Positions 8,660 through 16,930 of a stretch of DNA of 26,563 nucleotides are shown in pieces. This DNA is from a virus (lineage: Duplodnaviria > Caudoviricetes). The notes under the pieces are model-generated. The model was given only the letters and a program-made list of their open reading frames with translations. It ran no database searches and was not told the DNA's origin. Numbering within the stretch: the stretch's first letter is position 1; every line of letters begins with the position of its first letter. The stretch covers positions 1 through 26,563 of IMG/VR virus record IMGVR_UViG_3300032257_000380. The stretch is one strand, 5' to 3'. A program made the translations under genes and the position numbers.

Positions 8660-9147
8660 GCTTTTCTTGCCCAGATCCATCCATCGAGCAGCACAAAGCC
8701 ATCAGATCCGAAAGCCTCATTCACCGCGCGGATCACACCAGGGAATGCCTGGTGATAGTCATGGCCGCCAAACCAGCCACCAGGCGCGAGCTTTGGCAGA
8801 TAGTGCTCGATGTCGGCTGCACATGCCTCATAGGAATGGCCAGCATCGATGAATATGAAATCTGCCCAGCCATCAGGGATCTCAGCGGCGGCATCGGTGG
8901 TGCTTTTCCAATAGACATTTCGCACCAGACCAGGATGCCTCTCAGCCATTTTCTCGACTATGCGGCGGCGCTCGATCCGATGGCCGATATCGACACCGAT
9001 CATTTCGACACCGAGGCTGAGCAGCCGGTGGAATAGCTTGCCGGATCCAATGCCCAGCTCGATGCCGCGCTGCCAGCCGCGCTCAGCAGCCAGGGCGGCC
9101 ATCACCTCGCGATGATCGGTGATCTCAGGATTGATCGGCTGCTGCAT
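8656..9147 (-). CDS. Class I SAM-dependent methyltransferase (Methyltransf_24-like)
   Basis: Motifs GIELGIGSG, DFIFIDAGHSYE..AD and LAPGGWFGGHDY. Confidence 0.9.
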   Translation of the reverse strand: MQQPINPEITDHREVMAALAAERGWQRGIELGIGSGKLFHRLLSLGVEMIGVDIGHRIERRRIVEKMAERHPGLVRNVYWKSTTDAAAEIPDGWADFIFIDAGHSYEACAADIEHYLPKLAPGGWFGGHDYHQAFPGVIRAVNEAFGSDGFVLLDGWIWARKA

Positions 9148-9337
9148 CGGTTTCCACCACCTCAATATCGATCTTGGTGCCGATCAGCAGACCGGCGAGC
9201 TGCATCACCTTGATGCCCAGCCACATCCTGATGAGCCACTCGGTGCGGCGCTCGACCTTGGCCTTGAGAGTGAGCGCCTGCATGGTTTTCACAATGTCCA
9301 CCGGCACCTCGATTTCCAGATCAGTCTCGGTATTCAT
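9125..9337 (-). CDS. Hypothetical protein (70 aa)
   Basis: MNTETDLEIEVPVDIV...; overlaps both neighbours in operon fashion. Confidence 0.55.
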   Translation of the reverse strand: MNTETDLEIEVPVDIVKTMQALTLKAKVERRTEWLIRMWLGIKVMQLAGLLIGTKIDIEVVETDAAADQS

Positions 9338-10196
9338 AGAACATTCTCGCCTCTTGAGTGCACCACACAGGGATAGCCGCCTCTCGGCTGATGATCCGCG
9401 CTTGCTTAGGGCAGCTCTCGATGAACATTTCCACACCGATCTCGATGCAAAGCTCAGCTTTCCAGCCGCCTCGCCCACCAGGGCGCACCTTCATTTCGCG
9501 CAGCCTGGTGGCCTTATCCGGCAGATCGAGCATGTGGAGCTGCAGATAGGTGATCCCATGCCGCTCAAGCCATTCCTCGGTTTCTGGCCGCCACTTTTCG
9601 AGCCTCGATGTGATGATGTGGCCGATTGGCCTGGTCGGCAGAAAGAGCGGCGGCGCATTGAGGCAGAAATCCTCATAGGCAGGCCCATCATCATTCTCGG
9701 CCTTGCTGGGATCGCGGCAAAAGACACCATCCATGTCGAATCCCCAGCGAGGCAGCCTGGCATGTTTCCACAGGTTCCATGCAAAGCCGCGCGGCCCTGG
9801 GCAGTCCACCATCCAGACATCGATGATCTCAGCCGGATTGGCCACCTGGTAAGGCCCAAAGATCGCGCAGCGCGTCACATGCTTATGCTTTCCATGCTGC
9901 CTGAGCACCTGCATCGCGCGCCGCATCGCGCCGCCCTTGTTGCTGGTATCATCGACCAGCAGGATCCGATCAGAGCTGGCTGCAGGCCGCCCAGATTTGC
10001 CATGCACAATGCCAGCGCAATATCCCTCAAGGGTGGCGAATGGGAGCTGCAGATAGGTGCTGATGATGCCGCCTGGCGCGATGCCAGATCGAGGGATCGC
10101 CACCACCACATCGAATTGCTCTCGGTCGAGCTTCCACAGGTTTTGGCAGATCGCTCGATCCATGTCGGCAATCGATCTGAAATTCACATCGCTCAT
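9321..10196 (-). CDS. Type I phosphoribosyltransferase domain fused to a HAD-like phosphatase domain
   Basis: N-terminal VVAIPRSG and PRPP-binding motif ILLVDDTSNKGGAM. C-terminal HAD motifs FDMDGVF (I), IITSR (II), K (III) and FIES (IV). Confidence 0.85.
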   Translation of the reverse strand: MSDVNFRSIADMDRAICQNLWKLDREQFDVVVAIPRSGIAPGGIISTYLQLPFATLEGYCAGIVHGKSGRPAASSDRILLVDDTSNKGGAMRRAMQVLRQHGKHKHVTRCAIFGPYQVANPAEIIDVWMVDCPGPRGFAWNLWKHARLPRWGFDMDGVFCRDPSKAENDDGPAYEDFCLNAPPLFLPTRPIGHIITSRLEKWRPETEEWLERHGITYLQLHMLDLPDKATRLREMKVRPGGRGGWKAELCIEIGVEMFIESCPKQARIISREAAIPVWCTQEARMFYEYRD

Positions 10197-10750
10197 GCCG
10201 GTTTCATCGCCCGATAGCCGATATTGATGAAATCGAGGTGGCGCGCGCGGCGCATATCCTCTCGCCCGATCTGCTCGACAATCTCAAGGCCAGCATCCTC
10301 GATCACTCGCCGCAGATAATTCGGCGTGATCAGTGCGCGATGATTCTGGTGGATGTTGCCGCCCTTGGGCCGGTTCATGATCCTGCCGACCGCCCAGAGA
10401 TAGGGATCGCCGCCAGTTAGCTCAGAGAGCCAAGATGGATTCGGCCCTTTCCACTCGCCGGTTTCATCATACTCGATGAGCACTTTCATGAGATCCAGGC
10501 AATTGAGGCAGTGCAGCTCTAGGTGGCCGCCAGGCTTAATGATCCGCGCCCACTCGGCCACAGTCTGCTCGACCTCATACCATTCGATGTGCTCAAGCAC
10601 ATGGCACGAATAGACCAGATCGAATGTGCCATCAGCGAATGAGAAATTCCGGCAATCCTCGACATGATCCACCAGGTGCGATTTCACAATGTCGGTGGTT
10701 TCAAAGCCAGGGATCCGCGCCTTATTCGGCCCAATTTCCAGGCACCTCAT
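10193..10750 (-). CDS. Class I SAM-dependent methyltransferase (Methyltransf_11-like)
   Basis: Motifs LEIGP, FADGTFDLVYSCHVLEH and RIIKPGG. Confidence 0.9.
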   Translation of the reverse strand: MRCLEIGPNKARIPGFETTDIVKSHLVDHVEDCRNFSFADGTFDLVYSCHVLEHIEWYEVEQTVAEWARIIKPGGHLELHCLNCLDLMKVLIEYDETGEWKGPNPSWLSELTGGDPYLWAVGRIMNRPKGGNIHQNHRALITPNYLRRVIEDAGLEIVEQIGREDMRRARHLDFINIGYRAMKPA

Positions 10751-11235
10751 GCGCTGGCTCGCTTGGCCTCGATGGCATCCTTGATATCGCCCATGAGCAC
10801 ATTGCCGCCAGCGCCGGTGCCCTTGATCGCAGAGATATCGACACCTTCGGCCTCGGCCTCGGCCTCAAGTTGCGCGCGATCCAGCCCAGAGAGGGCAGGC
10901 GGCTCATGCGGCTTGCTGCCGCCAGGCTTGCCATCGCCATCATGATCGAGCTGCTGCAGATCTGCACCGGCTTTCTCAGCCAGCTCAGGCGGCGCTGGAT
11001 CCAGCTCGCCCTCATCATCATCATCATGAGCGATAGGTGCCTTTGCAGGCTTGGGAGCTGATCGAGGCGCTGCTGCTGCGCCACCATCGCGATCCTCAGC
11101 CACACCATCCGGCAGGCCATTGAGGATCTTGCTCGCATCCACCAGCTTTGTTTCGCCAGGCATGATCAGCACTGCAGGCTCATCATCGAGCATCTGGATC
11201 ATGCGAGGGCCTTTGGCATTATTCTTGAGTTTCAT
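10747..11235 (-). CDS. Post-capsid protein with a low-complexity linker and a C-terminal E3-binding-like (peripheral subunit-binding) domain
   Basis: C-terminal AEAEGVDISAIKGTGAGGNVLMGDI matches the GVDL..IKGTG..G.I...D signature. GGAAAGG SD. Occupies the position of lambda FI-like accessory head genes. Confidence 0.7.
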   Translation of the reverse strand: MKLKNNAKGPRMIQMLDDEPAVLIMPGETKLVDASKILNGLPDGVAEDRDGGAAAAPRSAPKPAKAPIAHDDDDEGELDPAPPELAEKAGADLQQLDHDGDGKPGGSKPHEPPALSGLDRAQLEAEAEAEGVDISAIKGTGAGGNVLMGDIKDAIEAKRASA

Positions 11236-11265
11236 GGTTCACCGCCTTTCCTAATGTGCACAGCT

Positions 11266-11301
11266 AAAAGAAAAGCGCCCCAGCCGCAAGGCCGAGGCGC
11301 T
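11266..11301 (-). terminator. Rho-independent terminator after the major capsid gene
   Basis: Minus-strand hairpin AGCGCCUCGGCC-UUGC-GGCUGGGGCGCU followed by UUUCUUUU. Confidence 0.85.
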
Positions 11302-11331
11302 CTCTTGTGCGATCCCCGAAGGGTGGCCGGA

Positions 11332-12366
11332 TTAGCTCAGGCCAGTATTCTCGAATGCCACCTTGGCCAGAGGCACCCGCAGCTCATAGCCGCCGATGCT
11401 CATGATGCCAGGCACTTCCCAAGAGAAAGGCCCTTTCTGCCAGGCAGGGAAGAACTGATGGCCGCCACCAGGCAGGTGATAGCGGTGCACCTCAGGCACA
11501 TTGGCATAAGCGATCATGCGCTTGCCACCATCGCCTGCCGCCGTTTCCAGGTGGCGAGAGCGCAGGAAAGTGACCTGGCCGCCGATCACCGAATTGGCGC
11601 GCAGATATTCCAGCACCGACATGCCGGTATTGGTGAGCTGCTTGGTGGCCAGGATGTTATAGATCGAGGTGGGCAGAGCCACAGTGTCGGCGCGATAGGT
11701 TTCGAGGGTGTTAGTCTCGACAGCCTGCAGCAGCGCATTGATGGTGGCGATGTCATTCGCCACAGTCGAGCTGCTGGTGATCGCATTCGGCGCGAGCGAG
11801 ATCGTCATGGCCGCATCATCGGCAAAGCCGGTGGCGAATTTCAGACCATCGCCCAGCATCGCGACCTTGTGGATGAACCGCTCAGCCGAAACCGAGGCAG
11901 CATCAGCCTTGTCGGCCAGGATGTTGATGCCGAGCTGCTGGCCGCGCTCAAGATCCCCGCGATTCCACTTGTAGCCGATGGCGGCCATGTGGTTTTCCTG
12001 CAGGAATTGAGTGCGGCTGGTGTCCGCATAGGGCATATCGTCCGCAGCGACATCAAACCATTGCGGCTGGCCAGCGACATCGCCCGAATAATACAGGCTG
12101 CCAGCAGTCCAAATGCTGCCCTCGGTATCGACCGGCATGAACTGCGCATAGTCGAGCGCCGGATAGCGGATCATATACATGCCCTGCTCGATCCGCATGA
12201 GCTGCGGCATCAGGAATGCATTTGTCTGCTGGGCATCGTTGAGATCCACACCCTTGATGGCATCGCCCCAGGGCGCGCCGGTCAGGTGCGGAAATTCAGA
12301 GGCATTGGCATCGATATGCGCGACCGCCGCCTTGATGGTGTCAAAGAGTAGAAGTGCCTTGGACAT
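11332..12366 (-). CDS. Major capsid protein (DUF2184-like, HK97 fold)
   Basis: 344 aa with a strong GGAGG SD. Follows the protease/scaffold and decoration genes and is followed by a terminator. Motifs GYKWNRGDLE, ADKADAA and C-terminal GGYELRVP. Confidence 0.88.
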   Translation of the reverse strand: MSKALLLFDTIKAAVAHIDANASEFPHLTGAPWGDAIKGVDLNDAQQTNAFLMPQLMRIEQGMYMIRYPALDYAQFMPVDTEGSIWTAGSLYYSGDVAGQPQWFDVAADDMPYADTSRTQFLQENHMAAIGYKWNRGDLERGQQLGINILADKADAASVSAERFIHKVAMLGDGLKFATGFADDAAMTISLAPNAITSSSTVANDIATINALLQAVETNTLETYRADTVALPTSIYNILATKQLTNTGMSVLEYLRANSVIGGQVTFLRSRHLETAAGDGGKRMIAYANVPEVHRYHLPGGGHQFFPAWQKGPFSWEVPGIMSIGGYELRVPLAKVAFENTGLS

Positions 12367-12378
12367 TTATCCCTCCAA

Positions 12379-12828
12379 TTAGCGGCGAGCGATGCGAGTG
12401 ATACCCGCAGCGGTGGTGGTTTTGTCGAAGAACCAGCCAGTGGCAGCGGTGTTGCCAGAGCTGGAATTGGTGATGGCACCGGCGCTGGTGACATAGACCT
12501 GATCGCCAAGATCGGCGGCCACCAGGCTAGTGACCCAGACCACACCGCGCTCGATCACCGGCAGGGTGTCGCCTGCGGCATAGGTATCGGCAGCGCGATC
12601 CGATGTGACCGGCAGGCCCTTGCGAGCCAGCGCAAAGCCGACCAGGTTTGCCGAGACAGTCAGCACCACACCCTTATCATCGCTGCCGCGATAGACAGGG
12701 CGGCCAAATTCGCAGGCGGTGGAGCCTTCAAGATGGCGGCTGAGGATGTTGGCCAGCGAGCCATCGGCCTGCATACCTGCAAAGCCATCGGCAATATCTT
12801 CGCTGAAAGTGCTCTGAACGGTGGGCAT
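12379..12828 (-). CDS. Head decoration/cement protein
   Basis: 149 aa, AGGAG SD. Motifs GFAGMQAD, FGRPV and VIERGVVWV. Lies between the DUF2213 and major capsid genes. Confidence 0.78.
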   Translation of the reverse strand: MPTVQSTFSEDIADGFAGMQADGSLANILSRHLEGSTACEFGRPVYRGSDDKGVVLTVSANLVGFALARKGLPVTSDRAADTYAAGDTLPVIERGVVWVTSLVAADLGDQVYVTSAGAITNSSSGNTAATGWFFDKTTTAAGITRIARR

Positions 12829-12843
12829 TTCGATTTCTCCTGG

Positions 12844-14094
12844 TTATGCCGCCGAGCCGCCGCCGAGATAGGCGGTGGATTTGCGATTGAGGTGCTGGCG
12901 GCGAGCCTGATCCATGACAGTCGCGCCATCGGTGATCGGGCCGACATGCGAGGCGATTCCCTCGGCCATGCGATCCTTGTGGATCGGTGCCTTGTCGGCA
13001 GGCTTCACATCCTTGGTGAGCGAGGTGAAAGAGATTTCGACCTGCTCATCAGTCCAATCCTTTGCGGTGTCGCCCAGCTTGGCATCGACCACCGCGCGCT
13101 TGATGGCTGCCTCATCGGCATCATCGGCCACCTCGACATCGAGCGCCTTGGCCTTGGCCTGCACATCGGCAAAGCTCTTGGCCGCATCGCGCAGCTTGGC
13201 TGGCGTGATGGTGGCATCATCGAGCTTGGCCTTGAGATCCTTGATCTCGGCATCGGCGGTTGCCTTGTCAGTGACAGCGGCAGCCAGATCGGTTTCGGCC
13301 TTGGCCTGGGCCGCCTTGGCATCCTTCACCTGGGCCTGCAGCGTTTCGATGGTGGCCAGGGCGGTATCGACATTTGCGATGTCCACCTGCAGGCCATCGA
13401 TGGTGATGATCTTGGGCACTTTGCGATCTCCAATCGGATTTGTGTCAGCGCCAGTTTTAACGCCTTTGCGCGAATCGTCATAGGTTCGCTGATCGATGAG
13501 CAATTTCCGCACCTCATCAGAGGGAATCGGCTCGGCGGTTTTGACATCGGCCAGGCAGCAGCTCGATCCGGCTCGACCGGCATCGACCACCGCGACATGA
13601 TTGCCGGTGATGTCCACCTGGCGCGCCTGATATTCGGTGCCATCAGGTGCCACACCATCCTCGATCACCAGCTCAGCGCCATAGCCATTGCTCAGCTCGA
13701 CCTTGCCATCATCGATCTTGCCGATGGTTTCGGCATCCATGAATGCGAGATCAAAGCCGAGGAATTCGCCATCATCAGCGATCTCGCGCTTTGCGCCCAT
13801 GACAGTGCCGCGCGCCAGATCCCGCCAGTTGCTCGATGTCACTGCCTCATCAGGGTGATCATCGGTGATCGGCTTGCCGATGAATGAGGCCATCGAATCC
13901 TTGGTGAAAACCTCATCAGGCGAGCGATAGACATTCACCACCTGATCGGCGGCGAAATGCTTGCCATCAGGATCCACCTCGCGCCCAAGGTATTGATAGA
14001 CACCAGTGCGAGCGGCCCTGGCGTGGATGCCCAGATAGCCATCGGAATTCTGGCGGCGCTTGTCGAGGGTGAGGCGATCAGAGAAAAAGTGCAT
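12844..14094 (-). CDS. DUF2213-like prohead protease/scaffold
   Basis: Motifs ARTGVYQY, VYRSPDEVF, KPITDDHP, ELSNGY and NHVAVVDAGRAG. Coiled-coil C-terminus. Confidence 0.9.
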   Translation of the reverse strand: MHFFSDRLTLDKRRQNSDGYLGIHARAARTGVYQYLGREVDPDGKHFAADQVVNVYRSPDEVFTKDSMASFIGKPITDDHPDEAVTSSNWRDLARGTVMGAKREIADDGEFLGFDLAFMDAETIGKIDDGKVELSNGYGAELVIEDGVAPDGTEYQARQVDITGNHVAVVDAGRAGSSCCLADVKTAEPIPSDEVRKLLIDQRTYDDSRKGVKTGADTNPIGDRKVPKIITIDGLQVDIANVDTALATIETLQAQVKDAKAAQAKAETDLAAAVTDKATADAEIKDLKAKLDDATITPAKLRDAAKSFADVQAKAKALDVEVADDADEAAIKRAVVDAKLGDTAKDWTDEQVEISFTSLTKDVKPADKAPIHKDRMAEGIASHVGPITDGATVMDQARRQHLNRKSTAYLGGGSAA

Positions 14095-14119
14095 AGCTAT
14101 TTCCTTGGCAAATTCGGCC

Positions 14120-14157
14120 AGAGAATAGCGATATTTGGCTTTGCGTCCTAGGTTTCT
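14120..14157 (-). promoter_or_regulatory. Degenerate copy of the repeated element, AGAAACCTA-N21-TATTCTCT, upstream of the protease-decoration-capsid genes
   Basis: AACCTA core and identical 21-nt spacing. Followed by a leader with an AAGGA SD. Confidence 0.6.
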
Positions 14158-14811
14158 CCAAAAAGCGGCCCAGCATCATCGCCGGTGGTTTCCCTTAATC
14201 GGCGGCAAGCTGCATCGAAATATGCCTGATTGCGCTCAATCCCAATGAATGATTTGCCCATTTGGAGCGCGGCCACGCCAGTTGTTCCGCTCCCCATAAA
14301 GGGATCGATGATGGTTTCACAATCCACAGGCAAATGCTCGATGCACCATTTCATGACCTTGAGCGGCTTTTGTGTTGGATGATCTCCGCGCTGAGCACCT
14401 TTCTCGCGAATCATCCCGTTCCACATATATCGGATTAGCCTCACCGCCTTGGGCAGATTTGTCCAAGCCATTTCGGCATCGGCAAAATCTCCAGAGTTTA
14501 CTTTATCCCAGATGAGCCAGCATGATGCGGGGGGGGGCTGTATAGTAGTTTCCACCAAAGATGATTTGCCACCTGCCAGCGCGGCGCACCAATTTTAGCA
14601 ATTCATCTGAAATTGGCGAGCTATCCCAATCCTCATCGCCATAGTCGATTGCCTTAGCGGCTTTCTGGCGAGAGAGAGCCTTCCCGGCAGCTTCATTGAT
14701 GCCATAGGGTGGATCAGTCACCACTGCATCGACCTTGGCCAAAGTCGGCAGGATTTCAGCGCAATCGCCTAAGTATAGTTTTGCGCCTCCAATGATCACC
14801 GGCTCGATCAT
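14148..14811 (-). pseudogene. N6A/N4C DNA methyltransferase (beta class), frameshifted at a C9 homopolymer (G9 at 14529-14537 on the plus strand)
   Basis: The 5' ORF has LYLGDC and VTDPPYG; the 3' ORF has HPTQKP, DPFMGSGTT and FIGIE. Deleting one C joins them as [18 protein letters not shown], giving 220 aa. Confidence 0.88.
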
Positions 14812-15329
14812 TGCGCTGATCCATGCCTCTCAGTGAAGCCATAGCGGCGCTTTCCAGCCTCTCGCGCTGCAGCAGCTTGGGCAAAAGTGTCATGGCGACC
14901 AAGGCAGCGAGTGCGATAGTCCACCTTGATGCTGGCTCGCCATTTTCCAGTTTGCTTGCAGTAGTGCACACCGGCGATCCCGCTGGTGTTGTTTTTGGGA
15001 ATGGCCTCATTGCGATGATTCTGGCGATTGCTCGACGCGAGCAGATTGCTCATTCGATTATTCGACCTATCCCCATCATCATGATCGATCTGATCAGGCG
15101 GCCATTCGCCATGCACCAGCGCCCATATCACACGATGTGCGCGAAATGCGACACCATGAATCGAGCCGACCCGATAGCCATCTTTGCTGGCGGTGAATGC
15201 CTCTCGACCAGCCCACTTGGCATCCCAAGCTGGATCGCCTCTGGCCAGCCAATAGAGTTTTCCTGTTTCTGGATCATATCGCAGCAATTGGCGACACAGG
15301 GCAGGCGTGATATCAGCGCGCTCAGGCAT
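14808..15329 (-). CDS. HNH-AP2 homing endonuclease
   Basis: Motifs [34 protein letters not shown] and AP2-like [16 protein letters not shown]. Start at MPER with a GAAAGGA SD. Confidence 0.9.
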   Translation of the reverse strand: MPERADITPALCRQLLRYDPETGKLYWLARGDPAWDAKWAGREAFTASKDGYRVGSIHGVAFRAHRVIWALVHGEWPPDQIDHDDGDRSNNRMSNLLASSNRQNHRNEAIPKNNTSGIAGVHYCKQTGKWRASIKVDYRTRCLGRHDTFAQAAAAREAGKRRYGFTERHGSAQ

Positions 15330-15390
15330 CGATGGTCCTTTCATCGGTTGTCAGGGCTGGGCCGCGCTTCCATCGCAGCTCAGCCCGATT

Positions 15391-15419
15391 CTCATAGAGC
15401 AATCAGCTTTCAGTGACAA
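15391..15419 (-). promoter_or_regulatory. Sigma70-like promoter TTGTCA-N17-TATGAG for the HNH-AP2 and methyltransferase pair
   Basis: Canonical spacing, just upstream of a 13-bp hairpin at 15354-15386 and the SD. Confidence 0.5.
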
Positions 15420-16257
15420 TCACACCTTGCTTGACGCAGCCGCAAAAGGGCGGCTCGCCAGGCCCATCATCCTCAGGGATCACATAGCCGGTATAGACTT
15501 GCTTCCCATCCTTGATCTCGATTTCCTTATTGGTGTCGATCTCGAATAGGCGCTGATCGCGCGCCTTGTGATCTGGCCTGAAATGCAATTTACCGCTATG
15601 TCGATAGCGATAGACGCTCAGCCCCGCCTCTCTTTGGCGCTGGCTATCCAATGCAGCCGAGAGCTTATTGGCCTGATCCGATGCGATGCGGATCGCCCTG
15701 CGGCGCGAGAGGCCGAGCTGCCTGGTGATCTCTCTGCCGACCATCCGAGCATCGGTGCGCTGCTGCAGGCCGCGATAGACCAGATCCGAGATCTTGGCGC
15801 GAGTCTCATCGCTCACATTGCGGATCAGGGCCGAATTGCGAGCCATGAAATCCTCGATGCTTTCCTGGGCACCGGCAGGGCCGATGAGCTGGCTGATGTC
15901 AATCTCGGTGCCAGCCAGCAGATTGCTCGCCCATTTGCTGCGGTGCCATTGCTCCACACCGAATGCCCACTGGCGCATCGAGGGTGTGAGATCGAGGGTC
16001 AGGCGGCTCACCTCATCACCGAGCTGAGCGAATAGATTGCTGAGCGCATCGATATTGTCTTGCTGCAGGCGGCGGCGCAGCTCGCCCTCATAGAGCGGCA
16101 TGATCCGGCTTTTGGCCTGCAGCCAGGGATCGATCATCTGCCGGTGGATCCTGGCCAGTGCGCCCTGCCGCGCTTGCGTCATGATGATTGGATTGAGCGC
16201 GATCACCTTGCGCTTGATGCCTCGCTGGGCCGCCATCTGAGTGAGATCGAATGCCAT
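15403..16257 (-). CDS. Minor head morphogenesis protein (Mu gpF/SPP1 gp7-like)
   Basis: Motifs NSALIRNV, RAIRIASDQANKL, RPDHKARD and PGEPPFCGC. Lies near the portal gene. Confidence 0.88.
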   Translation of the reverse strand: MAFDLTQMAAQRGIKRKVIALNPIIMTQARQGALARIHRQMIDPWLQAKSRIMPLYEGELRRRLQQDNIDALSNLFAQLGDEVSRLTLDLTPSMRQWAFGVEQWHRSKWASNLLAGTEIDISQLIGPAGAQESIEDFMARNSALIRNVSDETRAKISDLVYRGLQQRTDARMVGREITRQLGLSRRRAIRIASDQANKLSAALDSQRQREAGLSVYRYRHSGKLHFRPDHKARDQRLFEIDTNKEIEIKDGKQVYTGYVIPEDDGPGEPPFCGCVKQGVIVTES

Positions 16258-16300
16258 CGCCACCTTATGCGATGAATTCAGCGATCAGAAAAGGTGCGGC

Positions 16301-16930
16301 TCAGCCGACCAGGTGGCCATGATGCAGAAAGCCATGCCATTTGCCGGTTTGGATCGAGCCAGCGCCAGCCGCGCAGCTCTCGCCAGGTTTGCCCTTGCTC
16401 ACATGCAAGGTGCCATCCTCAGGGCGGCCAGTCCTAACCCAGCACTTGTGCACATGATCATCAGGCATGGTGCAATTCGAGGCTTGCCCATCGATGTGCC
16501 AATCATGACCATCAGGGCACTTGCACATCAGGGCGCGATCATCAGGGCCGATCCACATGCGGCTCTGATCGCCGCGCTCGCGATCAGCCAGCCATTCGGC
16601 ATTCCAGATCGCACCTGGTGGCGCATTTTCGAGCAGCATGAGCACCGAATGATCATCATGGCGGCGATAGATCCGGCGCTCCAAGATCTGCCAGTGATCA
16701 TTCTCGGTGAATTGGTGATCGCAGTGCTCGCACTTTGTCGGCCAGCGAGGATCATCATGAGGCGGCTGATCGAGATCTGCATCAGCAGGATGCTTGCCGA
16801 ATTTGGCCTGGGCATTGTGATAGCTGCGGCCATTGCAGGTGCCAGCCTTCACAGTCGAATAGCGGCGCAGCCAATATCGAGAATCGCCAGTTGGCTCGAT
16901 GAAAAAGACAGGAATACCGCGCGCGCTCAT
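16301..16930 (-). CDS. Cys/His-rich hypothetical protein with a possibly DUF6527-like C-terminus
   Basis: 209 aa with an ATGA overlap with the portal gene. Motifs CEHC, KCPDGHDW and CWVRTGRP..TL...GSI...WHGFLHHG. Confidence 0.7.
   Translation of the reverse strand: MSARGIPVFFIEPTGDSRYWLRRYSTVKAGTCNGRSYHNAQAKFGKHPADADLDQPPHDDPRWPTKCEHCDHQFTENDHWQILERRIYRRHDDHSVLMLLENAPPGAIWNAEWLADRERGDQSRMWIGPDDRALMCKCPDGHDWHIDGQASNCTMPDDHVHKCWVRTGRPEDGTLHVSKGKPGESCAAGAGSIQTGKWHGFLHHGHLVG

Noticed and set aside
11012-11027. (TCA)n repeat
   Set aside because: It encodes the Asp run (HDDDDE) in the acidic linker.
14148-15329. Type II restriction-modification pair
   Set aside because: The nuclease has the HNH-AP2 homing-endonuclease architecture common in phages, and nothing indicates a shared recognition site.
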